A stretch of 64,000 bases of DNA. Origin: Amoebidium appalachense (Eukaryota > Protista > Ichthyosporea). How positions within the stretch are numbered: the first letter of the stretch is position 1; every line of letters begins with the position of its first letter. The position numbers and the translations under genes are program-made. Below are positions 1 to 10,005 of this stretch, piece after piece. Where the stretch lies: assembly GCA_963693365.1 (NCBI GenBank), contig CAVNZM010000019.1, positions 133,272 to 197,271 of the forward strand, in the 5' to 3' direction. The notes under the pieces are model-generated. The model saw only the letters and a list, made by a program, of their open reading frames with translations, was not told the DNA's origin and made no database searches.

Positions 1-226
1 CAAAAGGGGGTTGGGAGGGCTGTGCATGCACGCAGTCGTCTTTGGGCGGTATTGCGCGTGCAGGTTTTGTGTTGGCGGGGAACGAGTGCATGTTGGCTGG
101 GGGCGAGTGCATGTCGAATTCGCCGAAGACGGGAACGCCCATGAGCGCTGCCTCGCTGGCCGGTGTTGTCGCTTGGAAGAGCTTGTCGCGCAGGCGCCAC
201 AGGTTAACGTTTGGCTTGTGGTTCAT
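1..226 (-). CDS. 5' part of hypothetical protein (inverted copy of 12247-13263), runs off the window
   Basis: Reverse complement of 12247-12472, with ATG at 224-226. Confidence 0.55.
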   Translation of the reverse strand, partial: MNHKPNVNLWRLRDKLFQATTPASEAALMGVPVFGEFDMHSPPANMHSFPANTKPARAIPPKDDCVHAQPSQPPF

Positions 227-822
227 AGCTGCATGTTTGCAAGACTGGCAGCATCCGAAGCCGTGATGGGGTTATATGGGTCCTATAGCCAATTAGACTG
301 GTCCCAGTGGCTTTGCCAGGGTGCGCAATTGTCCTTCGGCGCAGTAGATTTGCAACTGAAATGAAACGAAATGAATAATCTATAGAATAATCAACTGTTG
401 TGAAAGCCACACAACGAGAGGGAACTCGGTCAAATTGATTTAAACAAAACAGACATCCTATTGTATATAGGGTTTTTGTTTCAGGGATCTCGATTCGGTT
501 GTAACCCTGACCGCGAGTCACATTTCCGAACTCTGAGTAGAAACTAAAACAACAGCCTGTTCAATAGGAAAACAATGGCAAAAATGTTCTTATTAAACGG
601 TTTTAATATTTTTTTTTATATTTCGGTTTTGTTTTCAAATTGGCGTGCTTGGAGTGTTGTAAATCACGACGTTCACATCACATCAATACTGTATCATAAC
701 CAGTCAATTTTAAAATAACACAAATGCTGTAACTGAGCCAATCAGACGCTGCATGCCTTGGCTACAGACCCTTCGGTCATCTTCCACAGGAATACAAGAC
801 CCTCTATCCGATTGGTCATCAC

Positions 823-905
823 GCTGATTGGTCAAAATTCCAAACGTCTGATTGGTCGGTACGTCTGATTGGTCAACGCGTCTGATTGGTCAGCGCGCTA
901 TTGGT
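823..905. promoter_or_regulatory. Array of CCAAT boxes (CTGATTGGTC x4 plus variants) upstream of the F-box gene; mirrored near 11555-11650
   Basis: Repeated CTGATTGGTC at about 17-25 bp spacing, less than 170 bp before ATG 987. Confidence 0.6.
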
Positions 906-986
906 GGCCGGCTCTCAGGGAGGGGTATACCACAGCTCAGCTTTCAAACTTCACTCTCCAAACGAACTCACGGCGCGTTCATCACA

Positions 987-2453
987 ATGGGCGCCGATCA
1001 GTCCACCCTTTCTCCCAGCGCGCAACAGCTGGTCTTGGGCAACCACTACCTGCTTCTGTACATCTGCTCCTTCCTGGATGCACGCTCACGTCGCAGCATT
1101 GCGCTCACCTGCCGAGCGCTTCGCCACGTACACGAGGCAGAGCTGGCGCGCCCGAACAGCCACATGCGCGTTGACCTATCCAAGGGTCCGAAGTCAATCG
1201 AGTTTGCCACACGTGTCCGTGCCACCCACGTCCTTGCCACCACTGCTGACTACAAGCGCCTTGCCGAGCTTCCGCCCATGCGCTTCGTTCTCCACATGGT
1301 TCTTGATGAGTACCGGGACCTGGCCAACCACCATGCAAAGGCTGCCCATAACCACCGCTACACCAGCACGGAGCCCATCTACCCAGACCTGTTTCCCAAC
1401 CTCAAGGTCGCAGAGGTCAACTCCTTCAAGTGCCGCACCCCCCTTGTCGCCCCCTTCGCCTTGCTGGGCCGCGCTATCCAGAACCTGACGAGTCTGACCC
1501 TTGCCTTCTCTGCCACTCCCAGGCCCACACCTGGTGTAGTCATGGATCTCACTGCGCTCGAAAACCTGGCCCATCTGCACGTCCACCTGTGCACGCGTGT
1601 GAACCCCTCTAACATCTACGCCATCCCCAGCACGGCGCTGCATGTGCCTGCGGGCCTTGTGAAACTGCATCTGGACTACCGCTTCCGCTCCATGTGCGGC
1701 CACCAGTACGGCTACGGCAGCGGCGGCTCCGCTCCCGGTATCCACAACATCCACAACATCGAGTCCTGCGTCAACATGCGCAATGTGCACGTGTGCGTCT
1801 TTGGCATGGTGGTGTTCGACACCATCAGTCGCGCCCACCGTGTCGAGCTGCTGTGCTCACAGGCCCGCGGCACGCTGCGCGGGTGCACCAGCGTCCAGAT
1901 CGGCAAGGAGGTGCGCGACATCGAGATCACCACCGTTGCGGACGGCCCCAGTGACTACCCAGGCAACCGGCTGCTTGTGGCCGGCGCCCGCGAGTTCGAG
2001 TGCTTCCATCCCGCCCACAACTGGGCGCTGCAGGACGTCCATGTGCTGGAGATCATGCACGTGCCCCACAGCCCGCGCGCGCTGGTGGCCATCGCGCAGG
2101 CCGTCAACCTGCGCTCGCTGACCGTCACGGCGCCCATGTTCAGCGACAAGGAGCTCGTCTACCACATGCCCCCGACCATCGAGATGGTGAACTTCAGGCA
2201 CGTGCGCCTGGTCGTGCTCGCAGACCCCAGCGGGCTCATCCGCCCGCTTGTGTTTTCCAGCGACTGCGACCTGGTCCTCTACAACCACTGGCTCCTCCGT
2301 GCGGCCGGGTTCCTGATGGACTCGAAGTGGGACCGGTTCATGACACGGCTGCTGCACATCACGCAGTGCGACATGCCGTGGGCGCTCGGGCGGAAGCTGC
2401 AGTACATGGGCGACAAGTCGTACAGGCACCTGCCGTTCCCCGAGGGGGTGTAG
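987..2453 (+). CDS. F-box-like protein with degenerate leucine-rich repeats and possible N-myristoylation (MGADQS)
   Basis: LGNHYLLLYICSFLDARSRRSIALTCRALR is F-box-like. NLTSLTL, NLAHLHV and NLRSLTV are LRR-like. Strong GC3 coding bias. Confidence 0.65.
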   Translation: MGADQSTLSPSAQQLVLGNHYLLLYICSFLDARSRRSIALTCRALRHVHEAELARPNSHMRVDLSKGPKSIEFATRVRATHVLATTADYKRLAELPPMRFVLHMVLDEYRDLANHHAKAAHNHRYTSTEPIYPDLFPNLKVAEVNSFKCRTPLVAPFALLGRAIQNLTSLTLAFSATPRPTPGVVMDLTALENLAHLHVHLCTRVNPSNIYAIPSTALHVPAGLVKLHLDYRFRSMCGHQYGYGSGGSAPGIHNIHNIESCVNMRNVHVCVFGMVVFDTISRAHRVELLCSQARGTLRGCTSVQIGKEVRDIEITTVADGPSDYPGNRLLVAGAREFECFHPAHNWALQDVHVLEIMHVPHSPRALVAIAQAVNLRSLTVTAPMFSDKELVYHMPPTIEMVNFRHVRLVVLADPSGLIRPLVFSSDCDLVLYNHWLLRAAGFLMDSKWDRFMTRLLHITQCDMPWALGRKLQYMGDKSYRHLPFPEGV

Positions 2454-2498
2454 GGGGGGAGGGGGGGGGGTACGTTGAGTCGGTGGAGTTGATAATCC

Positions 2499-2562
2499 GA
2501 ACCGCTTAGAAGTGCTTGGAACCGCTTACGAATGTGCAGTTGGAACCGCTTAGAAGTGCTTG
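2499..2562. repeat. Three short direct repeats GAACCGCTTA(GAAGTGCTTGG)
   Basis: Seen directly; absent at the equivalent position of the right arm. Confidence 0.75.
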
Positions 2563-2574
2563 GGGTCGGGCTGT

Positions 2575-3207
2575 TTAGAGCCCTAGACACTTAGTCATGT
2601 GATTGTAGTCGAATCTGTGAGCCTTGATGGTCACCTTGTTTGCACTTAGTTTCTTTGTACTTACTGGTTTCATCATGAATATGTGCCTCAGAACTTTGCC
2701 AAATACACAAAGGTTCATGTGAACCTCCATGTCTGATCCTTGTCGTCTCACCCATTCGGAATACAGTGCAAAGAGAGACGATGTTTTTACGGGGGATCCT
2801 GGGGGGAACTTGTGCCTGTTGTTTTCGTCTTTCAAAAATTCAATAAAAAACTGCTTCACCAGGTCGTATCCCTTGCTGTGTCGTAGATTGGAGTCTTTTT
2901 TCCACGGCCTTGTTATCCACTCGCCTATCCGATCATCGATGAGTATGCGCACCCCCCGTGACTTCCCGTCGTCCAAGGCAGACTTGTATGCACGCCACGG
3001 GGAGTGGCCGTACAAATAAAGTGTTGGGCGGTGGTTGGGGTATGTGCTCTGTCTTGCAAGGATTTGTTGTAGGCCGTCTACGAATCGGGAGATGTGGACC
3101 ACCAGTATCACATCGGTTGCAGTCAGCACACAGTCCTCCCCGAGCTTTGTGGTTTCCGGTTGGTATAAAAGGCGTGTTACGATTTCAGACCCATCACTTT
3201 CAGTCAT
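2575..3207 (-). CDS. Stand-alone protein with D5/primase-helicase-type C-terminal winged-helix domain
   Basis: VKQFFIEF...TSSLFALYSEWVRRQG...VFGKVLRHIF resembles the C-termini of neighbouring helicases (GLFQLYQDWHR...SFGIAIKKIL). Intact in both arms. Confidence 0.6.
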   Translation of the reverse strand: MTESDGSEIVTRLLYQPETTKLGEDCVLTATDVILVVHISRFVDGLQQILARQSTYPNHRPTLYLYGHSPWRAYKSALDDGKSRGVRILIDDRIGEWITRPWKKDSNLRHSKGYDLVKQFFIEFLKDENNRHKFPPGSPVKTSSLFALYSEWVRRQGSDMEVHMNLCVFGKVLRHIFMMKPVSTKKLSANKVTIKAHRFDYNHMTKCLGL

Positions 3208-3302
3208 CTTAGAATAGTGAACAAAAAGATTGGAGGGTGGGCCTTTTATAGTTTTGAGTAGGTGGGGGTGGGGCATTGATTATTTTCTGTGCTACAAGGA
3301 AG

Positions 3303-4476
3303 GATGCAGGCGGCCATGACATTGTTTTCCGGTGGTGTATCGACACAGGAGCTGGACCAGGTAGTTGCACGGACCCTGCGTCTGTTTGATGCTTTTGAGA
3401 ACACCGAGATGAGGGGTCTCCCGTTCATGCCTGCATCCTGCGACCTCCGGCTGTGGAAGAAATCGGAGGTGGAGGAGTTTATTGGGTCCCACGTTGCCCA
3501 CATACAGGGAACAAAACTGTATGTGATGAAGGCATTTTGCCCCATACGTCTCAGCTATGCTTTCAAGTTGGTCAGCAAGGAGGAGCTGTCCATTTCACTC
3601 TCTGGATACTCCTTCCCCCAACCACCCGAGAAGGTGGGAAAGGGAACAAAGGCCCTTCCGCCCATCAACGGCACCGATGTTCTTCGTTCATCCGCCATTC
3701 CCAAGTACATGGGCATACTGTTCGACCCCTCTGACCCTGACCCTCGCACCGGTGCAAAGGCAGCCGCCACGTCTGGGATGTACCGTATGTACAACCCGTT
3801 CCGGGGGCTGCCCATCGTGTTCAACCCACAGTACCCGCTCAACTTTGACTTGACCGGTCCATTCAACAGGCATGGGTTGGAGATTCTGTGCAATGGGCGT
3901 GCGGAGGAGTACGGGTACCTGCGGATGTGGGTTGCCCACATGTTCCAACACCCCAAGAGCAAGCCCGGCACCGCCCTGCTTTTTCAGTCTGAGCAGGGAG
4001 CGGGGAAGAACGTGTGGTGGCAGGCACTCATGGATATACTGAGCCCGGAGTACTGTGCTTACATCATCCACAAGGAACACATCGCAGGCAAGTTTAATCA
4101 GCACCTGGCAAACAAACTTCTGGTTGTGTGCGACGAGGTGGTCTGGGGTGGTTCTCACGAACTCAACAACATCATGAAGGCCCGCATCACACAGTCAACC
4201 ATAAAACTGAAAAAGAAGGGGTGTAATGCAGTCAACATCAATTCCTACGAGAGGTACGTCGTACTGTCGAACAAAGAGTGCCCTGTCGGACAAATCGAGC
4301 AGTCATGCCGCATGTATGCCTGCTTCAAGACAAACACCGCTCGTGTCGGGGACCGCCAGTACTTTGATTTCTTGGTGTCCCACCTCAAGCAGCCTGCCGT
4401 TTTGGAGGCCATATACCATGAGTTCATGACTGTTGAGAATGTACCTGGGTCTATAAGGCACATCACATGTATATAA
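3303..4476 (+). CDS. SF3 helicase (D5/DUF5906-like), C-terminally truncated copy
   Basis: Walker A QSEQGAGKN, Walker B LLVVCDE and motif C VLSN present. The SCRRY motif is changed to SCRMY. It lacks the about 115-aa winged-helix tail of 7633-9144. Confidence 0.8.
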
Positions 4477-4535
4477 GCAGTTACTGGATGGGGTCTGCAG
4501 CGCCATCTGATTTTTTATTTTCTAACCCATTGAGT

Positions 4536-6071
4536 ATGGATGTGTTACTAGCCATCAGTCGCAGTATTGATGCCACACAGGTCAACCAGCACAGCCTCCA
4601 AAAATTTATGGCATTCGAGTACTTAGGACCTGACGCTTATCAGGGGTTGTGCATGCATCCATCCATTTGCAGTCACAGAACATGGACACTGCCTGAGGTA
4701 GAGGCGTTCATCGGGGCAAATATAGCTCACATAAACGGAACCACTATGTTCATACTAAAAACGTATGACCACGAGAACAATGTTCATGTTCATAAAATAG
4801 TCAATAAACAAGAAGCATTTGCAACTTTATCCATTTACAGTTTCCCCCAACCATCTCTCAAAGTAGGAAAAGCACTCAAGGCACAACCACCAATCAACGG
4901 AACAGACATTTTGCGGAGCAATGCCATTCCTGTATATACCAGGATCATTTTCGACCCATCAGATCCCCACCCCAAAACTGGCAAGCGAAACGAGCGCAAC
5001 ATAGGACCCATATACAGGCCTTATAACATGTATAGAGGTTTACGAATTAAATACGACCCCCACTACGAGCTCAAACCTGACATACTTGAACCATTTTTGA
5101 GTCATGCCAAACATGTACTTTGCAACGGCCGTGAGGTAGAGTATTCGTATCTCAACCTTTGGATTGCCCATCTCTTTCAGTACCCAGCCAGTAAACCGGG
5201 GACTGCACTTCTCTTTGTGTCTGAACAGGGGACTGGAAAGAATGTCTGGTGGCAGGCAGTGATGGACATAATAACACCAGAGTACTATGCCTATGTTATT
5301 CACCGTGAACACATGTCAGGCAAGTTCAATCAACATCTTGCCAACAAGCTATTGGTTGTGTGTGACGAAGTGACATGGGGCGGTTCACATGAGACAAACA
5401 ACCTTATGAAGGCACGCATTACACAACCAACGATGATGCTGGAGAAAAAAGGGTGTGATGCATATAACACTGCTGCATACGAGAGGTATGTTGTGTTGAG
5501 CAACGAGGACTGGCCGGTGAGGGTGGAAACCAGTGATAGAAGATGGGCATGCTTTGGAGTGAGTCCGGAGCGTATTGGTGACCACGTGTACTTCGAACAG
5601 TTTGTTTCCTATTTACGGCAACCACAGGTGCACTCTGCCATATACCACTACTTCATGAACGAAGAGAATGTACCAGAAACGATGCCACGACCACCCGAAA
5701 ACGACACCAAGGATATACTCAAAGGAATCAGCCGGAGCGACGAGGCGCAGTTTTTGCGGGATTTGGTCAGACAGGAGAATGGCTGTGAAGGTCTCGAATT
5801 TTACAAGAACGGCGAACCTTGCAACCCAGAGAACCAGTATTTCACACCCACTGGACTCTTCCAACTTTATCAAAATTGGCATAGGATCAACGCACGTGAC
5901 AGCAAATTGCCAAGTCTCAGGTCCTTTGGAATGGCGATGAAGAAGATACTGGGTACAGTTGCAACCGTCAACACGGTCAAAGTCTGCACATTTTCGCACC
6001 ACCATCCCCTGCCAGATTCAGGGCGTGTAGGATGTTATAGATTATGCGGAAAGAAAATTCTGAAATTCTAA
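4536..6071 (+). CDS. SF3 helicase (D5/DUF5906-like), diverged paralogue
   Basis: SEQGTGKN, LLVVCDE, LSN, SDRRW and a C-terminal winged helix; no recognisable primase domain. Confidence 0.88.
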   Translation: MDVLLAISRSIDATQVNQHSLQKFMAFEYLGPDAYQGLCMHPSICSHRTWTLPEVEAFIGANIAHINGTTMFILKTYDHENNVHVHKIVNKQEAFATLSIYSFPQPSLKVGKALKAQPPINGTDILRSNAIPVYTRIIFDPSDPHPKTGKRNERNIGPIYRPYNMYRGLRIKYDPHYELKPDILEPFLSHAKHVLCNGREVEYSYLNLWIAHLFQYPASKPGTALLFVSEQGTGKNVWWQAVMDIITPEYYAYVIHREHMSGKFNQHLANKLLVVCDEVTWGGSHETNNLMKARITQPTMMLEKKGCDAYNTAAYERYVVLSNEDWPVRVETSDRRWACFGVSPERIGDHVYFEQFVSYLRQPQVHSAIYHYFMNEENVPETMPRPPENDTKDILKGISRSDEAQFLRDLVRQENGCEGLEFYKNGEPCNPENQYFTPTGLFQLYQNWHRINARDSKLPSLRSFGMAMKKILGTVATVNTVKVCTFSHHHPLPDSGRVGCYRLCGKKILKF

Positions 6072-6075
6072 AGTA

Positions 6076-6340
6076 TCTGTTGTTTCTCACCAGTTTATAT
6101 ATAAACAATCGAGTGAAATGATTAATATTCAAGATTTAACAGAATCAAAAATCAGTGTTTATTGATTTTCCGTATTTGATATCACAAACTATGCAGATTA
6201 TGCAAATAGGAATTTCTGAAATTCTATTTTATTGTATTCTTTCTGTTGTTTCTCATCAGTTTATATATAAACAATCGAGTGAAATGCTTAAATTTCAAGA
6301 TTTAACAGAATCAAAATTCGGTGTTTATTGATATCCCGTA
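6076..6340. repeat. About 95-bp AT-rich direct repeat x2 containing palindrome GTTTATATATAAAC
   Basis: TCTGTTGTTTCTCAYCAGTTTATATATAAACAATCGAGTGAAATG... at about 6076 and 6242. Confidence 0.85.
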
Positions 6341-6625
6341 TTTCATTCCCCTGCAATCCCATGCAGTTCCCATGCAGTGCAGGGGAACTGCAGGGGATAA
6401 TGATTGGTCGAGAGCGCACCCGGTGCGCTCTTAGCCAATGGGATTGGCTTATTTTATTTTTTGCAGGGGAACAGGGGATGCAGGGGAACTTTTTTCCATA
6501 CCGACCCGGAAAAATAAAGCGATCTGATTGGTCGAGGAGGCTGTTTGTGATTTTGTGTGCCGGGGCCTAAAGTTCCCATGCATCCCCTGTTCCCATGCAG
6601 CTTTTTTTTCTGCCTAACTTGTGTA

Positions 6626-7108
6626 ATGGACACACTGACTCTCCAAAATGTTTACACTTGTAATTGGGAGGGCTGTGGGCGGCCTTTTCATAATATCCAT
6701 GCTTTCAAACGACACACTCTTGTGCACACAGGTGAAAAACCATTCTGCTGTGGGTGGCCTCGGTGCGACAGACGGTTTTCACAAAAATCAACTTTGGAAA
6801 ATCATTACAGATTACACACGGGAGATCATCGCTATGTTTGCGATGTTGCTGGATGTGGCAAGCACTTCAACTACCCAGGAAAGCTGAAGATGCATCGACA
6901 AGCCCATGAGAATATTCGCCCGTTCGCTTGTCCCTGGCCGGAATGCGACGCGTGTTTTGTAGCAAAATGCCACTTGCAGGTCCATCTGCGAGTCCACACC
7001 GACGAGCGCCCGTTCCAGTGTACAACATGCGGCCGTACCTTCCGACAGAGTAGTGGACTCAGGTACCATCAGCTTCATAAACATCAGCCAAATGTTCAAA
7101 CAGAATAA
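6626..7108 (+). CDS. C2H2 zinc-finger protein, five tandem fingers
   Basis: Five CxxxxC/CxxC...HxxxH fingers with linkers TGEKPF, TGDHRY, ENIRPF and TDERPF; AATAAA overlaps the stop. Confidence 0.93.
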   Translation: MDTLTLQNVYTCNWEGCGRPFHNIHAFKRHTLVHTGEKPFCCGWPRCDRRFSQKSTLENHYRLHTGDHRYVCDVAGCGKHFNYPGKLKMHRQAHENIRPFACPWPECDACFVAKCHLQVHLRVHTDERPFQCTTCGRTFRQSSGLRYHQLHKHQPNVQTE

Positions 7109-7632
7109 TAAAGCTGTGCTTGTTCTTGGGGGGAGGGAGGGAGGGCAAGATCATGGATGCAGGGATGCTCGTGATGTTCCCTGCACTTCTCACTCCCCTG
7201 CAGTGAATGGGAACTTCAGGCATCATAATAATTTAATTCTCAAAACACAAATATACAGGGATTTGTGTTTGTTTAAACACGAAATTTTGTAAAAGAATGC
7301 CGAATGTTCTATAGCAGAGGACGCTCCGATTCCGGAAATGCGCTATTTCAGAATTCCCGGAGAGTAAATTGTTCGTATTCGGTTAAGCAGAATATACAGA
7401 TAATCCAAGACCTCCCCATTTTACGAAATCTATTTATATCCACCAATCAAATGCGAGTATTTGACCCTTTTTCTCCCCCCAGCGATCTCTATTTTACTGT
7501 ATATTCTGACTATCTGAATACAAAAAAGAAAAGAAAGAATATGATTGGCTCGATGGGGTCACGTGACCCCCACCAACCAATCAGAATTCCGAATACATTC
7601 TGAATATGTATTCGTATAATAGTCAGAACCGA

Positions 7633-9144
7633 CTAGTGTTTGAATACAGCAGACCTATTGAGACAGTAGCAGGAGACGTTTTCAGATGCCATAGGTGGAT
7701 GGCTGTCCCACCGTGTGGTATGTACACTCCGCACACACTTCCTCTCCCCGAGTATCTTTTTGATGGCGATTCCGAAACTCCTGAGGCTGGGCATGTTGCG
7801 GTCCCTTGCATTGAGACGGTGCCAATCTTGGTACAACTGGAAGAGGCCACTTGATGCGACGTATGCGTTGTCCTGAATGAAGGTCATATTCTCACATCCA
7901 TTCTGATGGTCCAAGAGGTCTCGCAGGAACTGTGCCTCGTCACATCGGCTTATGCCTCTCAGTGTCTGCTTCACGTCGTTCTCAATTGGGCGTGGCATAG
8001 TCCCAGGTACGTTCTGAACTGCCATGAACTCGTGATAGATGGCCTCCAAAACGGCAGGCTGCTTGAGATGGGAAACCAGGAAATCAAAATACTGGTGGTC
8101 TCCGATGCGGGCGGAGCTTGCCCTAAAGCAGGCATATCTGCGGCATGACTGCTCGATTCGGACAGGCCACTCTTCGTTCGACAGCATGACATACCTCTCG
8201 TAGCAGTCAATGTTAACCGCATCACACCCTTTCTTTTCCAGCATCATAGTTGACTGTGTGATGCGGGCCTTCATAATGTTGTTGAGTTCGTGAGAACCAC
8301 CCCAGACCACCTCGTCGCACACAACCAGAAGTTTGTTTGCCAGGTGCTGATTAAACTTACCTGCGATGTGTTCCTTGTGGATGATATAAGCACAGTACTC
8401 CGGGCTCAGTATGTCCATGAGTGCCTGCCACCACACGTTCTTCCCCGCTCCCTGCTCAGACTGAAAAAGCAGGGCGGTGCCGGGCTTGCTCTTGGGATGC
8501 TGGAACATGTGAGCAACCCACATCCGCAGGTATTCATACTCCTCCGCACGCCCGTTGCACAGAATCTCCAACCCATGTCTGTTGAACGGACCGGTCAAAT
8601 CAAAATTGAGGGGGTACTGTGGGTTGAACACAATGGGCAGCCCCCGGAACGGGTTGTACATACGGTACATCCCAGACGTGGCGGCCGCCTTTGCACCGGT
8701 GCGAGGGTCAGGGTCAGAGGGGTCGAACAGTATGCCCATGTACTTGGGAATGGCGGATGAACGAAGAACATCGGTGCCGTTGATGGGCGGAAGGGCCTTT
8801 GTTCCCTTTCCCACCTTCTCGGGTGGTTGGGGGAAGGAGTATCCAGAGAGTGAAATGGACAGCTCCTCCTTGCTGACCAACTTGAAAGCATAGCTGAGAC
8901 GTATGGGGCAAAATGCCTTCATCACATACAGTTTTGTCCCTTGAATATGCGCAACATGTGATCCAATAAACTCTTCCACCTCCGATTTCTTCCACAGCCG
9001 GAGGTCACAGGATGCAGGCATGAACGGGAGACCCCTCATCTCCGTGTTCTCAAAAGCATCAAACAGACGCAGGGTCCGTGCAACTACCTGGTCGAGCTCC
9101 TGTGTCGACACATTTCCGGAAAACGATGTCATTGCTGCCTGCAT
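7633..9144 (-). CDS. SF3 helicase (D5/DUF5906-like), full-length copy
   Basis: QSEQGAGKN, LLVVCDE, LSN, SCRRY and a C-terminal winged helix. Confidence 0.88.
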   Translation of the reverse strand: MQAAMTSFSGNVSTQELDQVVARTLRLFDAFENTEMRGLPFMPASCDLRLWKKSEVEEFIGSHVAHIQGTKLYVMKAFCPIRLSYAFKLVSKEELSISLSGYSFPQPPEKVGKGTKALPPINGTDVLRSSAIPKYMGILFDPSDPDPRTGAKAAATSGMYRMYNPFRGLPIVFNPQYPLNFDLTGPFNRHGLEILCNGRAEEYEYLRMWVAHMFQHPKSKPGTALLFQSEQGAGKNVWWQALMDILSPEYCAYIIHKEHIAGKFNQHLANKLLVVCDEVVWGGSHELNNIMKARITQSTMMLEKKGCDAVNIDCYERYVMLSNEEWPVRIEQSCRRYACFRASSARIGDHQYFDFLVSHLKQPAVLEAIYHEFMAVQNVPGTMPRPIENDVKQTLRGISRCDEAQFLRDLLDHQNGCENMTFIQDNAYVASSGLFQLYQDWHRLNARDRNMPSLRSFGIAIKKILGERKCVRSVHTTRWDSHPPMASENVSCYCLNRSAVFKH

Positions 9145-9240
9145 CCTTGCCTATAGCACAGAAAATATTTTTTTGCCCACACACACCTACTCAAAACTAT
9201 AAAAGGCCCACCCTCCAATCTTTTTGTTCACTATTCTAAG

Positions 9241-9873
9241 ATGACTGAAAGTGATGGGTCTGAAATCGTAACACGCCTTTTATACCAACCGGAAACCACA
9301 AAGCTCGGGGAGGACTGTGTGCTGACGGGAACCGACGTGATACTGGTGGTCCACATCTCCCGATTCGTAGACGGCCTACAAACAATCCTTGCAAGACAGA
9401 GCACATACCCCAACCACCGCCCAACACTTTATTTGTACGGCCACTCCCCGTGGCGTGCATACAAGTCTGCCTTGGACGACGGGAAGTCACGGGGGGTGCG
9501 CATACTTATTGATGATAGGATAGGCAAGTGGATAACAAGGCCGTGGACAAAAGACTCCAATCTACGACACAGCAAGGGATACGAGCTGGTGAAGCAGTTT
9601 TTTATTGAATTTTTGAAAGACGAAAACAACAGACACAAGTTCCCCCCGGGATCCCCCGTAAAAACATCATCTCTCTATGCACTGTATTCCGATTGGGTGA
9701 GACAACAAGGGTCAGACATGGAGGTTCACATGAACCTATGTGTATTTGGCAAAGTTCTAAGGCAAATATTCATGATGAAACCAGTAAGTACAAAGAAACT
9801 AAGTGCAAACAAGGTGACCATCAAGGCTCACAGATTCGACTACAATCACATGACTAAGTGTCTAGGGCTCTAA
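9241..9873 (+). CDS. Stand-alone winged-helix protein (copy of 2575-3207)
   Basis: Near-identical translation to the left-arm copy. Confidence 0.6.
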   Translation: MTESDGSEIVTRLLYQPETTKLGEDCVLTGTDVILVVHISRFVDGLQTILARQSTYPNHRPTLYLYGHSPWRAYKSALDDGKSRGVRILIDDRIGKWITRPWTKDSNLRHSKGYELVKQFFIEFLKDENNRHKFPPGSPVKTSSLYALYSDWVRQQGSDMEVHMNLCVFGKVLRQIFMMKPVSTKKLSANKVTIKAHRFDYNHMTKCLGL

Positions 9874-9993
9874 ATTGACCAATCAGAGGAATGTTCAGCC
9901 AACTGAACATTCGTCACGTGACCTTGATGACCCTGACCATCAAGGCCCACAGATTCGACTACATTCACATGACTAAGTGTCTAAAGCTCTAAA
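9815..9993. repeat. 60-bp direct duplication (9815-9874 / 9934-9993) bracketing a 59-bp palindromic insert
   Basis: TGACCATCAAGGC.CACAGATTCGACTACA...GCTCTAAA occurs twice here; the left arm has one copy and no insert. Confidence 0.85.
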
Positions 9994-10005
9994 CAGCCCC
10001 CCCCC

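Larger units (their letters stand above)
1..4455. repeat. Left arm of large imperfect inverted repeat (partner 7997-12472); probably continues beyond the left window edge
   Basis: Base 1 onward is the reverse complement of sequence ending at 12472. Paired ORFs: 852-2453/10006-11607, 2575-3276/9241-9873, 3289-4476/7633-9144. Similarity ends near 4455/7997. Confidence 0.95.
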
